Positions 31,511 to 40,338 of a stretch of 64,000 nucleotides of DNA are shown here, piece after piece. Numbering within the stretch: the stretch's first letter is position 1; every line of letters starts with the position of its first letter. The notes under the pieces were generated by a model. It made no database searches. It was not told the origin of the DNA and saw only the letters and a list, made by a program, of their open reading frames with translations. The stretch is from Aeromicrobium sp. (GTDB lineage Bacteria > Actinomycetota > Actinomycetes > Propionibacteriales > Nocardioidaceae), in NCBI GenBank assembly GCA_023257515.1, contig JALRCA010000075.1:2707-66706 (forward strand), in the 5' to 3' direction. Made by a program: the position numbers and the translations under genes.

Positions 31511-31703
31511 CCGTGGACAGCTGCACCGGGATCTGCTGGCCATTGGCGTCGATCGCTCAAGGCGCCGTGATCGTGAGGGGTGATCTGTCGCGCCGCGTTA
31601 ACGACGTCGACACGTTCGGCCGGACCTGCCGAAACGACGAACTTCTCGGACCAAGATGCAGACCCAACTCGATCATTGGCCAAGAGTTCCAACAAGCCTC
31701 TTG

Positions 31704-31779
31704 TGGTGGAGCTAAGGGGATTCGAACCCCTGACCTTCTCATTGCGAACGAGACGCGCTACCAACTGCGCCATAGCCCC
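31704..31779 (-). tRNA. tRNA-Ala (anticodon CGC)
   Basis: GGGGCTATGGCGCAGTTGGTAGCGCGTCTCGTT-CGC-AATGAGAAGGTCAGGGGTTCGAATCCCCTTAGCTCCACCA; G3:U70 Ala identity pair. Confidence 0.97.
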
Positions 31780-31806
31780 AAGAACAGGGACGACTCTAGC
31801 ACCCGG

Positions 31807-32691
31807 TCACTCGCCGGCGGCGCGGCGGGGCTGGCCCTCGGCGGCGTCGCCGACACCCGGCAGCTCGACCGACTCGCCCTCGACGTGACCCGAGGTCCAG
31901 GTGCCCGGACCGGAGAAGTCGATGGTGCGCACGGTGCGGCCCACGCGGGGCTTGGTGACGTAGGTCGGGAGGGTGACGGGCAGCGGGTCCCACAGGGCCT
32001 CGCCGGTGGTGGCGACCGACGGGACGGCGATGACCAGCTGTTCGTCGAGGGCGTGGGACGGGAGCGCCTCCAGCTGCATCACGTGCCGGCGAGCCGGGTC
32101 GACGTCCTCGAGCTGGCCGTCGACGACGATCGTGACCTCGTCGTCGACCGACGTGCGGCGCGACGGCTCTGCGGAGCCGGAGGCGGGAGCCGTGCGCTTC
32201 TTGCTGAGCGTCTTGGTCGACAGCGAACGCGTGGCGGTCCTGGGCGAGCCGGCCGCCCGCGGCTTGGCGCCGTACTCCGAACGAACCTGGACGCGGCAGG
32301 CGACGAGCCAGGCCACGACGAGTGCGGCCGGCGCCGCGACCCAGACGAGCGGGATGACCTTGAAACCACCGAGGCCACCGACGACGGCCACCACGGTGAG
32401 CAGGGTGAGCAGGGTGTTGCGTCGACGACGCGCAGCTCGGCGCGCGGTCTCGCGGGTCAGGCGGGGTCGCTGAGGGGCCGCGTCGGCCTGCACCGACGGA
32501 GCCGGGGGCTCCTCGACGTCGTCGTCAGCCTCCTCGTGACGCTCACGACGGGGGATGACTCGGCTGAGGGCACTCAGGTTCTCCAGCGACGACGTCTTGC
32601 TCGCGTCGTCGTAGCGGCGCAGGACGAGCGGCACGAAGTACGCCGCCCAGACGGCGACGACGAACGCGACGATCAGTCCGTTGGCGGTCAC
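31807..32691 (-). CDS. Divisome membrane protein, SepX/GlpR family
   Basis: N-terminal IVAFVVAVWAAYFVP, RRRR + 2 TM, WDPLPVTLPTYVTKP; sits between rimJ and tRNA-Ala as Rv0996 does. Confidence 0.82.
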   Translation of the reverse strand: MTANGLIVAFVVAVWAAYFVPLVLRRYDDASKTSSLENLSALSRVIPRRERHEEADDDVEEPPAPSVQADAAPQRPRLTRETARRAARRRRNTLLTLLTVVAVVGGLGGFKVIPLVWVAAPAALVVAWLVACRVQVRSEYGAKPRAAGSPRTATRSLSTKTLSKKRTAPASGSAEPSRRTSVDDEVTIVVDGQLEDVDPARRHVMQLEALPSHALDEQLVIAVPSVATTGEALWDPLPVTLPTYVTKPRVGRTVRTIDFSGPGTWTSGHVEGESVELPGVGDAAEGQPRRAAGE

Positions 32692-32799
32692 GGGCTCCAC
32701 GGTAGGTCCACGACTCGCGCGAAACGGGCACGTCGACCCGTGTGTCGCCTGAAAGGTTGTGTGACTGGTGTGACTCGAGGCGTGCACGCCGGTCGGACG

Positions 32800-33378
32800 T
32801 CAGTCGAGACGGGCTCGCACACCACCTGGAGCCTGCTCGGCCCGGAGCTGGAACACGCGGTGGTCACGCCAGTCGCCCGCGATGTGCAGGTAGCCGCGCG
32901 CCAGGCCGACCTCGTCGAAGCCGAGCTTCTCGACGACCCTCAGGCTCGCCACGTTCTCGGGCCGCACCGAGATCTCGATCCGGTGCAGCCCCACGCTCGA
33001 GAACAAGTGGTCGCACACGAGCGCGACGGCCGTCGGGGTGATGCCGCGTCCGGCGTGGGCGCTCGTGATCCAGTAGCCGATGCTCGCCCAGCGGGCCGAG
33101 CCCCACGTGATGCCGTTGACGCTGACCTGGCCGACCATCTCGTCGTCCCAGGTGATCGCGAACGGCATCGCCTGACCGCGGCGGGCGCGACGACGCATCG
33201 AGCCGATCATCGTGCGGTACGAGCCGACCGGGGTCGTGCCGCCGGGCGGCATCGTCGCCTCCCAGGGCGCCAGCCAGGCGGAGTCGCTGCGCCGCAGCTC
33301 GGCCCATCGCGAGGCATCGGAACGCCGCAACGGCCTGACGCCGACCCGTCCGTGGCGCAGGGTGACGGACCAGCTCAC
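32800..33378 (-). CDS. rimJ: RimJ-like GNAT N-acetyltransferase
   Basis: WLAPWEAT, IGYWI, GLHRIE, RPENVASLRVVEKLGF, YLHIAGDWRDH. Confidence 0.9.
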   Translation of the reverse strand: MSWSVTLRHGRVGVRPLRRSDASRWAELRRSDSAWLAPWEATMPPGGTTPVGSYRTMIGSMRRRARRGQAMPFAITWDDEMVGQVSVNGITWGSARWASIGYWITSAHAGRGITPTAVALVCDHLFSSVGLHRIEISVRPENVASLRVVEKLGFDEVGLARGYLHIAGDWRDHRVFQLRAEQAPGGVRARLD

Positions 33379-33379
33379 G

Positions 33380-34663
33380 TCAGAACGGCCGATCGAGGAC
33401 CAGCGTCCGCACGGTGTCGCCGAGGTTCTGGGCGGTCTCGTCCTCCCCCACCACGATGAGGGCGTTGGACTGCGCGAGGGCACCGATCCGGTGCTCCCCG
33501 TCCGCGCCCACTGGTGTGACCTTGGCACCGCGGTGCGTGACCTCGAAGACGCCCCGCAGGTACTGCCGCTTGCCGGCCTCGACCTCGACGCCGGAGGCGA
33601 GCACCGCATGGACCATGGGTCGGCGGTAGGGCGCGCGACCCATGAGCCGACGGATCGCCGGCAGCACGAACACCTCGAAGCCGACGTAGGCCGCCACCGG
33701 GTCGCCGGGCAGCGTGATGATCGGGGTCTGCTCGTCGAAGACGCGGCCGAAACCATGACGCGTGCCGGGGTCGAGCGCGACGTCGTGGAACCCGACGGTG
33801 TCGAGCGCCGCGAGCGTCTGACGCACGACCTCGCGGTCGCCGTCCTCGATGCCACCCGTCGTGACGACGAGGTCGGCGCGCACGAGCTGCTCGGACAGCA
33901 CCTGGCGGAAGGTGCGCGGGTCGTCGGGCACGACGCCGACCCGGTACGCCACGGCGCCGGCCGCACGGGCCGCGGCCGCGAGCATGAAGCTGTTGCCGTC
34001 GTTGACGGAGTCGAAGTCGAGGTGCGTGCCGGGCTCGCGCAGCTCCGACCCGGTGGCGATCACCACGACCCGCGGGCGCGGCCGGGCTGCGACGCGCGAC
34101 GAACCGAGCGCGGCCACGAGGCCGATCTCGCGCGGACCGAGCACGGTGCCGGCCGGCAGGACCGTCTGGCCGGCTGCGACGTCGTCGCCCTGGGGCCGGA
34201 CGTCGCGTCCTTGCGGGACCGACGCGCTGATGGCGACCCGCGCGTTGCCGCCGTCGGTGAGCGAGCGGCGCACCACGGAGTCCGAACCCTTGGGCATCGG
34301 CGCGCCCGCGGCGATGCGCACGGCGGTGCCGGCAGAGATCGCGAAGGGCCGGTCCGAGCCGGCGTGCACCTCGCCCACGACCGGGAGCACGACCGGCTCG
34401 GAGGCGCTCGCCTCCGCGACGTCCTCGGCGCGCAGCGCGTAGCCGTCGACGGCAGCCTGCGAGAAGCGCGGCAGGTCGCTCGCCGCGACGACGTCCTGGT
34501 GGAGCGGCAGTCCGAGCGACTCCACGACCGGTTGGTCGTAGGGCTCGAGGGGACCGATCCCTCGCAGGATCGTCTCCAGGTGGTCCTCGACGGTCAGCAG
34601 TCCCTCGGGGATGCTGGCCGGGCGGGCACGGCCGCCACCCCGGGTCTCGCCTCCGTCGGACAT
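33380..34663 (-). CDS. moeA: MoeA/gephyrin-like protein (Glp), catalytic motifs degenerate
   Basis: DGYA, GAPMPKG, TGSEL, DLVVTTGG, LPGDP; position between UGPase and rimJ. Confidence 0.88.
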   Translation of the reverse strand: MSDGGETRGGGRARPASIPEGLLTVEDHLETILRGIGPLEPYDQPVVESLGLPLHQDVVAASDLPRFSQAAVDGYALRAEDVAEASASEPVVLPVVGEVHAGSDRPFAISAGTAVRIAAGAPMPKGSDSVVRRSLTDGGNARVAISASVPQGRDVRPQGDDVAAGQTVLPAGTVLGPREIGLVAALGSSRVAARPRPRVVVIATGSELREPGTHLDFDSVNDGNSFMLAAAARAAGAVAYRVGVVPDDPRTFRQVLSEQLVRADLVVTTGGIEDGDREVVRQTLAALDTVGFHDVALDPGTRHGFGRVFDEQTPIITLPGDPVAAYVGFEVFVLPAIRRLMGRAPYRRPMVHAVLASGVEVEAGKRQYLRGVFEVTHRGAKVTPVGADGEHRIGALAQSNALIVVGEDETAQNLGDTVRTLVLDRPF

Positions 34664-34668
34664 GGTCG

Positions 34669-36039
34669 TCACCCTAGCCGGGACCCCTCGGCGATCTGTC
34701 GCGCCGTGCCGTCGTCGTCGAGCACGACCTCACCCCGGACGACGACGTCGCGGCCGAAGCTCCAGTCGCCCCGCACCGTCAGCGACCGCGCGTCGACGAG
34801 CGACGGCGCGTGCGGGATGCGCGCGTCGAAGTCCGCGATCGTCGTGTAGAACCGTCGGTCGAGGTCGACGGCGGGCGCCTCGACCTGGGCGCGGACGCGG
34901 TAGTCGTCGTGCCCCACCCCGTAGACGTCCGACCGCAGCAGGAGCAGGTCGTTGGTCGTCTTGACCGGCAGGAAGCGCGAACGATCGACCTCGATCGCCG
35001 TCGCTCCGTCGAACACCTCGACCGCAGCACCCATCGCCGACTCGATCTGCACGACCTGGGGCGACGTCTTGTCGGTGGGATCGACGGTCTTGTCGTTGCG
35101 GATGAGCGGCAGGCCGAGCACGCCGTTGCGGTCGCGCAGCGTTGCGTCGAGCTGCTCCAAGTCGAACCACAGGTTGTTGGTGTGGAAGTAGGCGTGGCGG
35201 GTGGGGTCGGCTGCTGCGTCCGCGTCCTCGGGGGCGGTCTGCGCCGTCTCGCGCAGCACGAGCCTGCCGTCGCTGCGCCGCACCACCAGGTGTCCGCCCT
35301 TGACGTCGGCGGGCGTGCGGCGACACACCTCGGCGGCGTACGGCGCGCCGGTCTGCGCGAACCACGCCATCATCGCCGGGTCCGGCGCCGCACCGAGGTT
35401 GTCGGAGTTCGACACCGTCGCGTACCTGTAGCCGGCGGCGAGCAGCTGCTCGAGCACGCCGGACGTCCGCAGCGCGGTGTACAGGTCACCGTGACCGGGC
35501 GGGCACCACTCCAGCGAGGGGTCGGCCGGCCACTCGACGGGCGTGAGGTCGTCACGACGAAGCTTGGGCTCGCGGTTCTGCAGGAAGTCCAGCGGCAGCC
35601 CGTCGACCGTCAGGTCGCCGTGCCGGGCGAGCGCCGACAGGGAGTCGTCGCGAGTGCGGAAGCTGTGCATGAACAGCAGCGGCAGCGGCACGTCGAGCGC
35701 GGAGCGCACGTGCTGAACCTGACCGACGATGATGTCGAGGAACGACAGGCCAGGGCGCACCGGGAGCAGCGACTTGGCCTTGTCCATGCCCATCGACGTG
35801 CCCAGACCGCCATTGAGCTTGATGACGGCGGTCACCGCGGCGGCCTCGCGCTGGGCGGCCTCGTCCTGCGGCGCGTCGACAGCGCGGTCGATGCCGGTCA
35901 GCGGGTCGACGTCGGCCTCGCGGATCAGGCCGGACGCGCCGGCCTCGAGCTGTCCGTAGAAGTCGGAGAAGACGTCGATCGCACCTTGCGGCACTCCCGC
36001 CTGCTGCATCTTGTGCTGGGCTGATTCGAGTCCGGTCAC
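34669..36039 (-). CDS. UTP--glucose-1-phosphate uridylyltransferase, eukaryote-like UDPGP family
   Basis: KLNGGLGTSMG, WCPPGHGD, SNSDNLGA, DVKGG, FLPVKTT. Confidence 0.92.
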   Translation of the reverse strand: MTGLESAQHKMQQAGVPQGAIDVFSDFYGQLEAGASGLIREADVDPLTGIDRAVDAPQDEAAQREAAAVTAVIKLNGGLGTSMGMDKAKSLLPVRPGLSFLDIIVGQVQHVRSALDVPLPLLFMHSFRTRDDSLSALARHGDLTVDGLPLDFLQNREPKLRRDDLTPVEWPADPSLEWCPPGHGDLYTALRTSGVLEQLLAAGYRYATVSNSDNLGAAPDPAMMAWFAQTGAPYAAEVCRRTPADVKGGHLVVRRSDGRLVLRETAQTAPEDADAAADPTRHAYFHTNNLWFDLEQLDATLRDRNGVLGLPLIRNDKTVDPTDKTSPQVVQIESAMGAAVEVFDGATAIEVDRSRFLPVKTTNDLLLLRSDVYGVGHDDYRVRAQVEAPAVDLDRRFYTTIADFDARIPHAPSLVDARSLTVRGDWSFGRDVVVRGEVVLDDDGTARQIAEGSRLG

Positions 36040-36056
36040 GCGCCTAGGCTAACGGC

Positions 36057-36629
36057 ATGGTCGCGGACAAGAGGGCCCTGCGTGAGCGGCTCCTGGCGAG
36101 CCGACGCGCACGATCGGTCGAGACCCGCGCCGCCGTCGCCGACGCTGTTCGGGACCATGCGCTGGCTCATGCCCCGATCGCGCGGGCGCGGCGGGTCGCG
36201 CTCTACCGGTCGATGGCGGCCGAACCGGGCACCGGCCCCCTCCTCGAGGCGCTGACGCAGCGCGGTGCCGAGGTCTGGCTGCCCGTCGTCGCGTCGGGGC
36301 ACGGGCTCGAGTGGGTACGACACGATCCCTCGTCGCCGCTCGTGCGATCCGGTCTCGGCATCGAGGAGCCACAGGGCGAGCGCCACGGTCCGCTCGCTGA
36401 CCTGGACGTCGACGTCGTGCTCGCCCCTGCCCTCGCGGTCGACCACGCCGGTCACCGCCTGGGGCGCGGGGCCGGGTACTACGACCGCGCCCTCGCCGGT
36501 GTCACGGCGACGCTGATCGCGATCGTCCACGCCGACGAGCTCCTGCCCGAGCTGCCGGCCGAGTCCCACGACGTCTCCGTCTCCGCCGCCCTCACCGAGC
36601 AGGGCGTCTTCCGCACCCTCGCCCCGTGA
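36057..36629 (+). CDS. 5-formyltetrahydrofolate cyclo-ligase
   Basis: KRALR, GIEEP, PALAVD, RLGRGAGYYDR, ESHD. Confidence 0.93.
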   Translation: MVADKRALRERLLASRRARSVETRAAVADAVRDHALAHAPIARARRVALYRSMAAEPGTGPLLEALTQRGAEVWLPVVASGHGLEWVRHDPSSPLVRSGLGIEEPQGERHGPLADLDVDVVLAPALAVDHAGHRLGRGAGYYDRALAGVTATLIAIVHADELLPELPAESHDVSVSAALTEQGVFRTLAP

Positions 36630-36633
36630 TCCA

Positions 36634-36677
36634 CCCTGAGCCTGTCGAAGGGTCACCGCCCCTTCGACAGCTCAAGG
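36634..36677. repeat. REP-like inverted pair between convergent genes
   Basis: CCCTGAGCCTGTCGAAGGG ... CCCTTCGACAGCTCAAGG; same unit as at 885-903. Confidence 0.6.
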
Positions 36678-36696
36678 ACCCAGGATGGGCCGACCC

Positions 36697-39267
36697 TCAG
36701 CCGGCGGAGGGGCGGAGGGTGAGCTCGGTGTCGGCGCGTTCGTCCACGGCCTTGCGGCTGAACGCCCACGGGAGGGTGCGGCCGTCGGCCCACAGGGGCG
36801 TCTGGTCCTGGTAGTTGCGATGGAACGCGTGGCCCGAGTTGCCGGTCAGCTGGATCCAGCGCGACCGGTCCAGGTCCTCGAGGTCCACGACCATCCGCAT
36901 CGACGGGACCGCCGTCACGCCGAATCCGACGCGCGCGTCCCAGCCGGTCGCGTTCACCAGACCGCCTCCGCCCCCGACCTGGTACGGGCCCCGGTTGAAC
37001 AGCGACTCCACGACCCCGATCCCGGACTCCCCCAGGGTCGGGTTGACCAGCTCCAGCTCGTGCAGACGACCCCACGACCACTGCTTCGGGTCGCGCGACT
37101 GGCGCTTGGTGAGCTCGTCGCGCGCCGTCCGCATCGCCTGCGCCAGGATGTCGTCGCGCTTCTCGACGAGTCCCGGCGTCCGCTTGTCGTCCCACCACGG
37201 GCTGTCCTCGTCGCGCAGCAGCGTGCGCATCACCAGGAACCACCGCTCGCCACCGTCCGGTCGCAGACCGACCGGCAGGTCGTCGGCGAACGTCCCTCGC
37301 AGGAGCTCACGCCACACCATGTTGAAGTAGGCGGCGCCCGGGGAGTCGGCGTCCTGCTGCAGGTCCCAGCCCTCGAGGGTCGCCTGTCCCTGCCGGTCGA
37401 AGACGTCGTCGAGAGTGATGTCGAGCAGCAACGGCACGAGCTGAGCCGCGTTGGCGCTGCGCGAGTCCATCTGCATCGTCGTCATGTCCTCGACGGACAG
37501 CCGTCCACGGTGGTTCGTGATGAGGTCGCGGATGCGCTGCGACCGGTAGCCCGCGGCGGTGTCCGTGCCGAGCAGGGGCCGGTACTGGTCGCCGATCACC
37601 TTGTTGTTGGCCGTGACGATGAACCCCTCGTCGGGGTTGTAGACCGATGGCAGGTCCTCGAACGGGATGTAGCCGGTCCACTCGTGACGGCCGTCCCAGC
37701 CCGCGACCGGCCACCGGCCGTCGCCCCGTGACCGGACCGGGATCGCGCCCGGCGCCTGGTAGCCGATGTTGCCGTCGACGTCGGCGTAGACGAGGTTCTG
37801 CGAGGGCACCGTGAAGAGCCGCGCCGCGTCGCGGAACTGCTCCCAGTCCTGGGCTGCTCCGAGGGCGAAGACCGCCTTGATCGTGGGTCGCGGGGTCGAC
37901 GCCGTCCAGCGCAGGGCGATCTCGCGACCGGAGGTGCCGACCCCCGGCTGATCTGCGCCCTTCACGGGTGCCCGCGACGCCTCGTCGGCGTCGTCGTCGA
38001 GGTCGGACAGGATCGGTCCGTGCCGGGTCGATCGCACCGTGATCGTCCGAGTCTCGCCGTCGGCGACCTTGAACGTCTCGCGCCGCGTGCGCAGCGGGAG
38101 CTGCCTGCCCTTGTACTCGTAGCGGTCGCCGTCGACCTTCTCGACGTAGAGGTCGGCCACGTCGGCGTAGAGGGTCGTGACTCCCCAGGCGATGCGTCGG
38201 TTGTGACCGACCACGATCCCGGGCATGCCCGAGAACGAGAAGCCCGAGACGTCGTAGGGGCAGGCGTTCGAGACGGTGCGGCAGTGGAGGCCGACCTGGT
38301 ACCAGATGCCGGGCATCGAGGGCGCGAGGTGCGGGTCGTTGGCCAGGATCGGCTTGCCGGTCGCGGACCGTCGGCCGGAGACGACCCACGAGTTCGACCC
38401 GATGCCGTCACCGGTGCCGAGCAGGGCAGGCAGGCGTCGTGCCGCGCGCTCGGCGGACGTCGTCGACGCCGTCGCCGCTCCTGCGAGCGCCTGACCGTTC
38501 GTGGCCTGCTCCGAGCCCGAGCTCGAGTCCGGTCGCTCGGACGGGTCGGTCGGGTCCTGGTCGAACCCGTCGGGCCCGACCTGGCCCGTCGTGCCGGCGA
38601 TCGTCGCGTGGTCATCCGGGTAGCGCGGGTACAGCTGCTCCACCTGCTCCCGCGTCAGGGAGCGGCTCAGGCGAGCTCGGGTGATCTCGTCGGACAGGTT
38701 GCTGCTCAGGTCCCAGGACATGGCCTTGATCCAGGCGACGGAGTCGACCGGCGACCACGCTTCGGGCCGATAGTCCGGACCCGTGAGCGAGAGGATCGTG
38801 TACTCGAGCGAGAGCTCGGAGCCGGACTTGCCGTCGATGTACTCGTTGACGCCGCGGGCGTACGAGCGCAGGAGCCTCTTCGTCGGCTCGTCCAGCGCCG
38901 CGTACTCACGCTCGGCGACGCGTCGCCAGCCGAGGGTACGGACGAACATGTCGGTCTCCAGCCCACCGTCGCCGACGAGCTCGGCGAGACGGCCGGCCGT
39001 GATGTGACGGCGGAAGTCCATCTCGTAGAAGCGGTCCTGCGCGTGCACGTACCCCTGCGCGAGGAACAGGTCCTCGGGCGCGTCCGCGTAGATCTGCGGG
39101 ATGCCGTGGGCGTCGCGCGTGATCGTGACCTTGCCCTGGAGCCCGTCGATCGTCACCGTCCCCGAGGCGTCAGGGAAGGATCGACGAACCGTGATGACAC
39201 CGACGACGGTCGCGGCGACCAGCGCTGCCACGAGCGCCCCGACGGCGATGGTGAGGAACCGACGCAC
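36697..39267 (-). CDS. Penicillin acylase-family Ntn hydrolase
   Basis: QGYVHAQDRFYEMD, nucleophile G/SNSWVVSG, LANDPHL, N-terminal TM anchor. Confidence 0.93.
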   Translation of the reverse strand: MRRFLTIAVGALVAALVAATVVGVITVRRSFPDASGTVTIDGLQGKVTITRDAHGIPQIYADAPEDLFLAQGYVHAQDRFYEMDFRRHITAGRLAELVGDGGLETDMFVRTLGWRRVAEREYAALDEPTKRLLRSYARGVNEYIDGKSGSELSLEYTILSLTGPDYRPEAWSPVDSVAWIKAMSWDLSSNLSDEITRARLSRSLTREQVEQLYPRYPDDHATIAGTTGQVGPDGFDQDPTDPSERPDSSSGSEQATNGQALAGAATASTTSAERAARRLPALLGTGDGIGSNSWVVSGRRSATGKPILANDPHLAPSMPGIWYQVGLHCRTVSNACPYDVSGFSFSGMPGIVVGHNRRIAWGVTTLYADVADLYVEKVDGDRYEYKGRQLPLRTRRETFKVADGETRTITVRSTRHGPILSDLDDDADEASRAPVKGADQPGVGTSGREIALRWTASTPRPTIKAVFALGAAQDWEQFRDAARLFTVPSQNLVYADVDGNIGYQAPGAIPVRSRGDGRWPVAGWDGRHEWTGYIPFEDLPSVYNPDEGFIVTANNKVIGDQYRPLLGTDTAAGYRSQRIRDLITNHRGRLSVEDMTTMQMDSRSANAAQLVPLLLDITLDDVFDRQGQATLEGWDLQQDADSPGAAYFNMVWRELLRGTFADDLPVGLRPDGGERWFLVMRTLLRDEDSPWWDDKRTPGLVEKRDDILAQAMRTARDELTKRQSRDPKQWSWGRLHELELVNPTLGESGIGVVESLFNRGPYQVGGGGGLVNATGWDARVGFGVTAVPSMRMVVDLEDLDRSRWIQLTGNSGHAFHRNYQDQTPLWADGRTLPWAFSRKAVDERADTELTLRPSAG

Positions 39268-39297
39268 CGGGCCATCCTGGCACGAGCGCGCCCCGGA

Positions 39298-40338
39298 TCA
39301 GGCTCCGGTCTCGGCCTCGCGGATCTCGCCGACGAGCTCCTCGAGGACGTCCTCGAGCATGATCACGCCGAGCACACGGCCCTCGGCGTCGGCGACGCGC
39401 GCCATGTGGGAGCCGCGCGCCTGCATGGTGCGTAGGGCCTCGTACAGACCCGAGGTCGCGCCGACGGTCGAGAGGGGCCGGAGCCACTTGTCGGCGATGG
39501 GCGTGACGCGAGCGGCGTCGTCGGTCTCGAGCACGTCCTTGATGTGCAGGTAGCCGCTCAGGTCACCGGCGGCGTCGAGGACGGGGAATCGTGAGAAGCC
39601 GGTGCGCGCGCAGGCCTGCTCCACGTCGACCGGCGTCGCGTGCGGGGGGATCGTCACGAGCCCGTCCAGCGGCAGCAGCACCTGATCGACGTGGCCGTCG
39701 TGGAAGTCGAGGGCACCCGAGACCAGTCCGTACTCGTCCTCGTCGAGCAGCCCCTCGCGACGGGACTCCTCGACCAGTCCGGCCACCTCGTCGTGGGTGT
39801 AGGTCGAGGCGACCTCGTCCTTCGGCTCGATCCTCAGCAGCCGCACCGCCAGGTTCGCGATCCCGTTGAGCGTCACGACGAACGGCCGGAGCACCGCGAT
39901 GACGGCGAGCATGAAGGGACCGAGCAGCAGCGACGCCTTGTCGGGGCTCACGAGCGCCAGGTTCTTGGGCACCATCTCGCCGTAGACGACGTGCAGGAAC
40001 ACGACGAGCGAGAGCGCGATCGCGAACGAGATCGGGTGCACGAGTCCGTGCGGCACGTGCAGCGCCTCGAAGCCGGGCTCGAGCAGATGTGCGATGGCGG
40101 GCTCGCTGATGGCGCCGAGGCCGAGCGAGCAGATGGTGATGCCGAGCTGGGCCGCCGCCATGGCGACCGTCACCCGTTCCATGGCACGCAGGGCGAGTCG
40201 CGCCGTGCGGGAGCCGGCCTGCGCCAGGGGTTCGATCTGGGTGCGGCGCGCCGAGATGAGCGCGAACTCCGCCGCCACGAACAACGCGTTGAGGGCGAGC
40301 AGCACGAACGTGAGCCCGACGCCAAACCAGGAGCTCAT
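39298..40338 (-). CDS. Hemolysin-family CNNM/CBS protein
   Basis: FVAAEFA, AQLGIT, GEMVPK, FSRFPV, LEDVLEELVGEI. Confidence 0.92.
   Translation of the reverse strand: MSSWFGVGLTFVLLALNALFVAAEFALISARRTQIEPLAQAGSRTARLALRAMERVTVAMAAAQLGITICSLGLGAISEPAIAHLLEPGFEALHVPHGLVHPISFAIALSLVVFLHVVYGEMVPKNLALVSPDKASLLLGPFMLAVIAVLRPFVVTLNGIANLAVRLLRIEPKDEVASTYTHDEVAGLVEESRREGLLDEDEYGLVSGALDFHDGHVDQVLLPLDGLVTIPPHATPVDVEQACARTGFSRFPVLDAAGDLSGYLHIKDVLETDDAARVTPIADKWLRPLSTVGATSGLYEALRTMQARGSHMARVADAEGRVLGVIMLEDVLEELVGEIREAETGA

Noticed and set aside
15700-31779. Active island with att repeats at tRNA-Ala
   Set aside because: No duplicated tRNA-Ala 3' end and no intact integrase found by eye.
32760-32774. MtrA box (GTCACA repeats) upstream of glpR/sepX
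   Set aside because: The repeat period is 9 bp rather than the ~11 bp expected for an OmpR-family site.
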